From the IMG/VR virus record IMGVR_UViG_2713897161_000002: 4,001 bases of DNA. One strand, given 5' to 3'. A program made the translations under genes and the position numbers. Under the pieces are notes generated by a model. The model was not told the DNA's origin, did not search any database, and saw only the letters and a program-made list of their open reading frames with translations. Each line of letters opens with the position of its first letter. The stretch's first letter is position 1. This stretch comes from a virus. Taxonomy: Duplodnaviria > Heunggongvirae > Uroviricota > Caudoviricetes. Positions 1 through 4,001 of the stretch are shown piece after piece.

Positions 1-127
1 GGTGTTTAATTATATCGAATGTGATTACAATCGGTGGCGGCGGCACAGTTGGTGTGGCGGCCTCAGTCCGGAACAATTTGAAAACCAGAACCTCGCTTAG
101 GCCTGTGTCCATATTACGTGGGTAGGA

Positions 128-1282
128 TCAGTCAGCGTACCATTGCATCATTTCTCGTCTTCCTTCAAGGTAACGAGCATGGTTGTATGTACCACGAATG
201 CTGTTTTTGTCCGTATGTGCAAGTTGCATTTCAATCCATGCACTATTGAATCCTTTCTCATGTAGAATAGTACTCATTGTATGACGAAAACCATGCCCGG
301 TAGCTTTTTTGTCATAGCCAATCTTCTTCAAAACCATATTGACGCTTGCATCGCTGATAGGCCTGTTAACATCATTTCTTCCGGCAAAGATGTATCTGTA
401 TCTTCCCGTCAGTTCTTTAAGGATTTGGAGAGACCGAATTGCCTGATTTGAGAGGGGAACAATATGTTCCTTCCTCATTTTCATCCGGGTCGGAGGCACT
501 TCCCATATTTTTTGGGAAAAATCGATCTCACACCATTCCCCCATACGTAATTCTACGGTCCTCAGCCCTGTGAGCATCAACAATTTTGTAGCTTCACGGG
601 TTACAATACTGCCGGTGTAGTTTTCGAGTTTGTACAAAAACTCTGGTAGTTCAGGAGGAAGCAGGAATGGGTAATGTGTTCGTTTATGGCTTTTCATTGC
701 TATAACCAGATCAGAGGCTGGATTGTATCGAGCCCTACCTGTAACAATGGCATACCGAAACACTTCACCACATCGTTGGCGAACTTTATTAGCTAGCTCG
801 CAGGCTCCGCGGCTTTCAATACGCTGAAGAACTGCGAGAAGTTCAAGAGGTTCGATATCACTGATGGGTCTGTTTCCAATGTAGGGAAACACATTATTTT
901 TGAATGCTCTGTCGACATAATCAGCGTAGCTGGCCGACCAGCCTGAAACTTTTGCGTTGTACCACTCGGTGGCGATTGTGGCAAAAGTTCTTCCTTCAGA
1001 AAGGTTTTTCTCAAGATTTTCAGCTTTCTTGACTTCACCGGGGTCTTTACCATCGGCATGTATTTTCTTGGCTTCATCCCGACGTTTGCGAGCTTCAGCC
1101 AATGTAATAGTTGGATAGGTGCCAAATGATAGTTTCTTTTCCTTCCCTGCATAGTGGTACTTCATTCGCCAGTACTTTGAGCCGTTAGGATTGACCTGCA
1201 GGTAGAGCCCACCACCATCGGCAATTTTATAAATTTTATCTTTGGGTTTGGCTGTTTCAACTTGTCGAGCTGTCAGTGGCAT
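128..1282 (-). CDS. int: Site-specific tyrosine recombinase, P4-type phage integrase
   Basis: N-terminus MPLTARQVETAKPKDKIYKIADGGGLYLQVNPNGSKYWR matches the arm-type DNA-binding domain of P4-like integrases. C-terminal catalytic signatures are present: GHGFRHT (HxxR box) and IRGTYNHARYLEGRREMMQWYAD with the catalytic Tyr. Start placed at the ATG at 1282 (GAGG 7 nt upstream); the ORF stays open to a TTG at 1309 (AGGGG 6 nt upstream), so the true start is ambiguous. Stop is TGA at 128-130. Confidence 0.95.
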   Translation of the reverse strand: MPLTARQVETAKPKDKIYKIADGGGLYLQVNPNGSKYWRMKYHYAGKEKKLSFGTYPTITLAEARKRRDEAKKIHADGKDPGEVKKAENLEKNLSEGRTFATIATEWYNAKVSGWSASYADYVDRAFKNNVFPYIGNRPISDIEPLELLAVLQRIESRGACELANKVRQRCGEVFRYAIVTGRARYNPASDLVIAMKSHKRTHYPFLLPPELPEFLYKLENYTGSIVTREATKLLMLTGLRTVELRMGEWCEIDFSQKIWEVPPTRMKMRKEHIVPLSNQAIRSLQILKELTGRYRYIFAGRNDVNRPISDASVNMVLKKIGYDKKATGHGFRHTMSTILHEKGFNSAWIEMQLAHTDKNSIRGTYNHARYLEGRREMMQWYAD

Positions 1283-1408
1283 CTGGGGGCCTCGCAATAG
1301 ATTGACCAATATGTGCCCCTAAATAGGCCCCCAAATGTGACTTGATTTACGTACCCCTGAGGAGAATCACGGCGACTATTTGAGTAACATAAGTAAGGGT
1401 ATATACTG

Positions 1409-1457
1409 ATTATAAAGGCTTTTTATGGGATATGGTAGATTTCAGGAGAGGTGTAAA
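1409..1457 (-). promoter_or_regulatory. Candidate int promoter region (perfect TATAAT -10 hexamer, weak -35)
   Basis: Minus-strand TATAAT at 1414..1409, about 130 nt upstream of the int ATG. The only -35-like element at reasonable spacing is poor; an alternative TTTACA (1457..1452) plus 17 nt plus CATATC (1434..1429) is also weak. By-eye call only. Confidence 0.2.
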
Positions 1458-1462
1458 TGGTG

Positions 1463-1496
1463 TCCCCTGCAGACATCTACTTGAGGCGGCAGGGGA
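1463..1496. promoter_or_regulatory. Inverted repeat TCCCCTGC-N18-GCAGGGGA between the excisionase-like gene and int; candidate protein-binding site or RNA stem-loop
   Basis: Perfect 8-bp inverted repeat (1463-1470 and 1489-1496) separated by 18 nt, in the alpA-int intergenic region. Not followed by a U-tract on the minus strand, so not a canonical terminator. Confidence 0.25.
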
Positions 1497-1545
1497 TTGA
1501 TTAGAATGGTTTTTTTTAGATGTGAAAAATATTTTACCCGCTATT

Positions 1546-1746
1546 TTACCCATTGGCGCGGCTTAAGAGCTTATTTTTGAATTCACAATGGTCACGATAT
1601 AACCATCTTGCTCGTCCGTGGATAACTTTGGCTTTTGGCAGGTCTCCGGACTTAATCCGGTCGTAGATGAAGGTTTTACCAAAGCCAGTATCAGCCATGA
1701 TGAATTTCAAATCAACCAGTGAATCAGGTTGTAGTTCGTGTTGCAT
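1546..1746 (-). CDS. AlpA/Vis-family excisionase-like DNA-binding protein (Xis / transcriptional regulator), 66 aa
   Basis: Segment LKFIMADTGFGKTFIYDRIKSGDLPKAKVIHGRARWLYRDHCEF fits the AlpA-type HTH pattern (tG.s.stiY..i..G.fP.p.k.g.r..W...e). ATG start with GGAG 9 nt upstream. Sits directly upstream of int on the same strand, the usual xis-int arrangement. Confidence 0.8.
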   Translation of the reverse strand: MQHELQPDSLVDLKFIMADTGFGKTFIYDRIKSGDLPKAKVIHGRARWLYRDHCEFKNKLLSRANG

Positions 1747-1790
1747 GAGTGCTATCTCCGAATAGGGAATCGAACCTGCAAATCAGGCAA

Positions 1791-1811
1791 TAAAAAACCG
1801 CCATCAGGCGG
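1791..1811 (-). terminator. Rho-independent terminator (minus strand)
   Basis: Minus-strand reading CCGCC-TGAT-GGCGG followed by TTTTTTATT: a 5-bp all-GC stem (extendable with G.U and A-U pairs), 4-nt loop and U-tract. The TGA stop of the 1804-1971 ORF lies in the loop. Confidence 0.6.
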
Positions 1812-1971
1812 CTTGGTGTTCTTTCAGTTCTTCAATTCGAATATTGGTTACGTCTGCATGTGCTATCTGCGCCCATATCATCCAGTGGTCGTAGCAGTCG
1901 TTGATGTTCTCTGCTTCGATAACTCTGTTAAATGGCTCTCCATTCCATTCACCTGTAACTCGGAAGTGCAT
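1804..1971 (-). CDS. Hypothetical small protein (~55 aa), unknown function
   Basis: Minus-strand ORF MHFRVTGEWNGEPFNRVIEAENINDCYDHWMIWAQIAHADVTNIRIEELKEHQAA. ATG at 1971 has GGAG 9 nt upstream; the ORF is open to a TTG at 1986 with no SD. Co-oriented with neighbours and ends inside a terminator hairpin. An overlapping plus-strand ORF (1738-1974) has low-complexity antisense-like composition. Confidence 0.45.
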   Translation of the reverse strand: MHFRVTGEWNGEPFNRVIEAENINDCYDHWMIWAQIAHADVTNIRIEELKEHQAA

Positions 1972-2006
1972 TAGTGATTTCTCCAAAAGATGCTTGAGTG
2001 CGCTTC

Positions 2007-2306
2007 TTATTCGATTCGCACACCTGGTATTTCGCCTTTTGATATTGCTAAGTCATAAATTTGCGCAGCACTATACCCATCTCGCATCCATGAATCTAAT
2101 GCGCGAATAGCCTCGTTACGCTTTTTATCTTCTCTCTCATTTTTGATATCAACGAGGACATCAACGCAATTAAGGCAAATGTGGATTTTGTCCTTACATT
2201 CGATCATGGCTGCTTTACCATGATTTACTCCACACAGTGAGCATAAATCTTCAGGGTCTAGCTGGTATTTCTGTAACGTTAGAGGGTTGAATGTTGAACA
2301 GACCAT
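2007..2306 (-). CDS. Hypothetical Zn-ribbon protein (CxxC...CxxC) with helical C-terminal half, ~99 aa
   Basis: Translation contains C-S-L-C ... C ... C-L-N-C with interspersed His, a treble-clef/zinc-ribbon-like arrangement, followed by a basic helical tail (RNEAIRALDSWMRDGYSAAQIYDLAISKGEIPG). Start placed at the ATG at 2306 (GGAG 6 nt upstream). The longest ORF extends to an ATG at 2318, but that codon directly abuts the upstream terminator U-tract and has no SD. Confidence 0.6.
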   Translation of the reverse strand: MVCSTFNPLTLQKYQLDPEDLCSLCGVNHGKAAMIECKDKIHICLNCVDVLVDIKNEREDKKRNEAIRALDSWMRDGYSAAQIYDLAISKGEIPGVRIE

Positions 2307-2318
2307 AATCATCTCCAT

Positions 2319-2342
2319 AAAACAAAACTCGCCGTAGCGAGT
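2319..2342 (-). terminator. Rho-independent terminator (minus strand)
   Basis: Minus-strand reading ACTCGC-TACG-GCGAGT followed by TTTGTTTT: 6-bp stem, tetraloop, U-tract. Lies 44 nt downstream of the stop of the 2386-2577 ORF. Confidence 0.6.
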
Positions 2343-2385
2343 TCAGATAAAAGAAATCCATCAATTGGTTAGGGTTTTTGTAATT

Positions 2386-2577
2386 CTACGAATTATGTTG
2401 TTTTTTAGCTTCAGTTTTCCATTCATCAAAGGCAGTGTCTTTGTTCATGGTGCTGATATTGATCTTACGGTCAATATCATATACACGCCACTCACCGTTA
2501 GGCCTCTCTTCGCATCTAACTAAGTATGAATTGCCATTAATATCTATGCGTCTGTCTATTTGCATGAACATTTTCAA
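2386..2577 (-). CDS. Hypothetical small protein (63 aa), AT-rich orphan or moron gene
   Basis: Minus-strand ORF MKMFMQIDRRIDINGNSYLVRCEERPNGEWRVYDIDRKINISTMNKDTAFDEWKTEAKKQHNS. AGAGGA SD 8 nt upstream of the TTG at 2577 (alternative ATG at 2571). Flanked upstream by a TATAAT hexamer and downstream by an intrinsic terminator. No recognisable family. Confidence 0.5.
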   Translation of the reverse strand: MKMFMQIDRRIDINGNSYLVRCEERPNGEWRVYDIDRKINISTMNKDTAFDEWKTEAKKQHNS

Positions 2578-2640
2578 TTTTCGAATCCTCTTTAATATGC
2601 ATTTTTTGCTATTTCAGTAGTTTACTATTGATGAGGCGTT

Positions 2641-2646
2641 ATTATA
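2641..2646 (-). promoter_or_regulatory. Candidate -10 hexamer (TATAAT) for the 63-aa orphan gene
   Basis: Perfect TATAAT on the minus strand inside a 157-bp AT-rich intergenic spacer, about 65 nt upstream of the 2577 start. TG-rich just upstream (GTGTG TATAAT) but no canonical -35 at 16-18 nt. Confidence 0.3.
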
Positions 2647-2734
2647 CACACTTCATTAATGCAAGCATCTTTATGCTATGCTACTAATTTAGCAATTGAT
2701 ATTCACCTTTATCGCGTATACCTTTACCGGCTTA

Positions 2735-2971
2735 TCACCGAAGTGGGGGGTGTGTGATTGTTTTCACTTCATATCCTCCATACGGAACATCAATTCTGCG
2801 ACTGGAGTCGTCGCGCTTCGGATATCCCTTTGTGATAATCAGGCGGTCATACTCCCGGAACATAATTCGCTTATTCCAATAGTCATTACACAGGCGATAC
2901 TCTTCCGTTTTCTCTCCTCGAATCATGGCATCGAAGTATTCACCTTTGACGGCAAGTTGTAGGTTAGCCAC
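2735..2971 (-). CDS. ASCH-like (DUF3850-type) small protein, 78 aa
   Basis: N-terminus LQLAVKGEYFDAMIRGEKTEEYR matches the ASCH-fold N-terminal signature (l.ik.eyf.ai..G.KT.E.R), and a GY motif follows. GTG start at 2971 with AGGAGG 6 nt upstream. The start overlaps the upstream Lar-like ORF by 8 nt. Domain call is by eye. Confidence 0.7.
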   Translation of the reverse strand: MANLQLAVKGEYFDAMIRGEKTEEYRLCNDYWNKRIMFREYDRLIITKGYPKRDDSSRRIDVPYGGYEVKTITHPPLR

Positions 2972-3266
2972 GGTTAACCTCCTGCGGAGTAGCCTTTACA
3001 AGCACTGGTGCAAATCCATCTTCATTAAGGTTATGAATATAGACTTCTGTTCTCCTGCGCTCTTCAACGTTTAATATTGTTTCTGGATCATAAACCCATA
3101 CTTTCATTCGACTATTCCATGAAGAAATCGCTTCAGATCTAGTTCGTTTTTCTGGTCCTTGGGCACCACATTTGCATGACACATAGCGCATTTTCCCTCT
3201 GATACTGAATGAGTATCCGATGTTAAGCACAGTGGAACCACAGAATGGGCAGCGATATAGATTCAT
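2964..3266 (-). CDS. Lar/RalR-family zinc-ribbon protein (restriction-alleviation family) with a ~45-aa C-terminal extension, 100 aa
   Basis: N-terminal ~55 aa (MNLYRCPFCGS ... VSCKCGAQGP ... EAISSWNSR) match the Lar/RalR pattern (CPFCG ... C.CG ... EA...WN.R) as I recall it from Rac prophage RalR. ATG overlaps the Ea22-like stop (ATGA). AAGGTGGA SD 7 nt upstream. Confidence 0.8.
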   Translation of the reverse strand: MNLYRCPFCGSTVLNIGYSFSIRGKMRYVSCKCGAQGPEKRTRSEAISSWNSRMKVWVYDPETILNVEERRRTEVYIHNLNEDGFAPVLVKATPQEVNRG

Positions 3267-3904
3267 AAATCATCCACCTTAGGCGCAGCTGAGACAGCAA
3301 CATTCCAGAACTCAGAAAACATATTGTATGCACCAGATAGATTGGAAGTGGCATACCCTCCAAGCTCACTTCTAATCTGAACGGCTCTCATCATTTCCGG
3401 TGTTAACTCCTTCGGCACCATAACCCAACCATCCGGAGTTACCGGAGAGTTGCCATCCAGCGCGTTCAACTTGTAAGCCTGGCTTACAAGTTCGGCTTCC
3501 AGTTCTGCTATGCGCTTCTCTGATGCTTCAAGTAACGCCTGCTTATCGCGTAGCGCTTCTTCCAGTTCAGCAACATGGCACTCACTATCAATAAGGTTGT
3601 TCTCTGCGGCTTCCAGCTCAACACGCAGCTTCCCTACCGTTAGCGCAATATCCTCGTTCTCCTGATCGCGGCGTTTTATGTATTGCTGGTTTCTTTCCCG
3701 TTCATCCAGTAGTGCCAAAGCAATCTTTGGATTAAAGGCAGCAATAAATTCAGCGTTGTTTTTCAGAACGTGTTGCGCAATGGCCTGACTACTTAGTCGG
3801 ACCTCATAACCACGTGCGCCACGGTGTGGTTTATATGAGTCCCAGTCTCCCCACGTTGCCTTCTCTGCCGCCTCACGCAGTGCCTGATAGTCAATCTTGC
3901 TCAC
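3263..3904 (-). CDS. Ea22-like (ead/Ea22 family) prophage protein with central coiled coil, 213 aa
   Basis: N-terminus MSKIDYQALREAAEKAT and the FIAAFNPKIALALLDE segment resemble the conserved N-terminal domain of enterobacterial Ea22-like proteins. The middle is heptad-like and charged (RVELEAAENNLIDSECHVAELEEALRDKQALLEASEKRIAELEAEL). GTG start at 3904 with AAGGAGG 6 nt upstream. The start overlaps the stop of the upstream ORF (GTGA). Confidence 0.8.
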   Translation of the reverse strand: MSKIDYQALREAAEKATWGDWDSYKPHRGARGYEVRLSSQAIAQHVLKNNAEFIAAFNPKIALALLDERERNQQYIKRRDQENEDIALTVGKLRVELEAAENNLIDSECHVAELEEALRDKQALLEASEKRIAELEAELVSQAYKLNALDGNSPVTPDGWVMVPKELTPEMMRAVQIRSELGGYATSNLSGAYNMFSEFWNVAVSAAPKVDDL

Positions 3905-4001
3905 TGGTTGCCTCCTTTGCGAAGCTGGTCGGCGAACAAACGTACACTAGACGCTTCACTGCGTAGAAACTTAACGGCATAATCAAAACCACCTCGTTCT
4001 G
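3901..4001 (-). CDS. 3' end of an upstream gene (truncated by the window edge), unknown function
   Basis: Minus-strand frame open from the window edge to a TGA at 3903..3901 (C-terminal peptide ...ERGGFDYAVKFLRSEASSVRLFADQLRKGGNQ). The stop overlaps the GTG start of the Ea22-like gene. A second minus frame is also open across this stretch, so the frame assignment is tentative. Confidence 0.35.
   Translation of the reverse strand, partial: ERGGFDYAVKFLRSEASSVRLFADQLRKGGNQ

Larger units (their letters stand above)
128..4001 (-). mobile_element. Prophage left arm (integrase, excisionase and early-region accessory genes), lambdoid-type organisation; right boundary lies outside the window
   Basis: Co-oriented integrase, AlpA/Xis-like gene, Lar-family and Ea22-like genes, many short overlapping ORFs, internal intrinsic terminators. 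This is the gene content and order typical of the int-xis-early-left region of enterobacterial lambdoid prophages. Confidence 0.8.

Noticed and set aside
793-1152. 119-aa minus-strand ORF nested inside the integrase gene
   Set aside because: It lies wholly within the well-supported integrase CDS in a different frame, and its translation is low-complexity with no motif. It is an alternative-frame artefact.
1463-1517. Possible plus-strand terminator (inverted repeat followed by a T8 run at 1510-1517)
   Set aside because: The 18-nt loop and the 13-nt gap between the stem and the T-run do not fit an intrinsic terminator, and no plus-strand gene ends here. Kept only as a candidate binding site or RNA structure.
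1765-1776. tRNA T-loop-like motif (minus strand GGTTCGATTCC) between the terminator and the alpA start
   Set aside because: The flanking bases cannot form a T-stem or acceptor stem, and no CCA end or cloverleaf is present. It is a chance match or a degraded remnant, not a tRNA gene, and it is not positioned where the att core would be expected.
1738-1974. 78-aa plus-strand ORF overlapping the 1804-1971 minus ORF and the alpA start
   Set aside because: It is antisense to the co-oriented operon, has no SD, and its composition is Cys/Phe/Val-rich and low-complexity. The minus-strand alternative has an SD and ends in a terminator.
1901-2110. 69-aa plus-strand ORF
   Set aside because: Antisense to two minus-strand ORFs, with no RBS and a hydrophobic junk-like translation (LLILLSHKF...). 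Probably spurious.
2435-2620. 61-aa plus-strand ORF antisense to the 63-aa orphan gene
   Set aside because: Translation is Leu/Ile/Phe-rich low complexity, typical of an AT-rich antisense frame, with no SD. The minus-strand ORF has a well-spaced AGAGGA SD.
2696-2962. 88-aa plus-strand ORF antisense to the ASCH-like gene
   Set aside because: No SD, and it overlaps a minus-strand gene with a strong SD and a recognisable domain signature. An antisense regulatory RNA here cannot be excluded, but there is no evidence for a protein.
1-4001. CRISPR arrays, rRNA or tRNA genes, IS elements or transposase genes
   Set aside because: No regularly spaced direct repeats, no rRNA- or tRNA-like structure, and no transposase-like ORF or terminal inverted repeats were seen anywhere in the window.

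Overview
The window reads as the integrase-proximal (left) arm of a lambdoid-type prophage of an enterobacterial host, with every credible gene on the minus strand, transcribed from the right edge toward position 1. Going right to left: a truncated upstream gene, an Ea22-like coiled-coil protein, a Lar/RalR-family zinc-ribbon protein, an ASCH-like small protein, an AT-rich spacer, a 63-aa orphan gene with its own promoter-like hexamer and terminator, a Zn-finger protein, a ~55-aa protein ending in a second terminator, an AlpA/Xis-type excisionase, and a P4-type tyrosine integrase. The first ~127 bp are probably the prophage/host junction but cannot be resolved from this window. No rRNA, tRNA, CRISPR array or transposase was found. 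Family assignments come from motif recognition by eye; no database search or structure prediction was run. The most interesting parts are the moron-like 63-aa cassette, the translationally coupled Ea22/Lar/ASCH block (a candidate anti-restriction or toxin module), and the uncharacterised Zn-finger and small-protein pair bracketed by two terminators.
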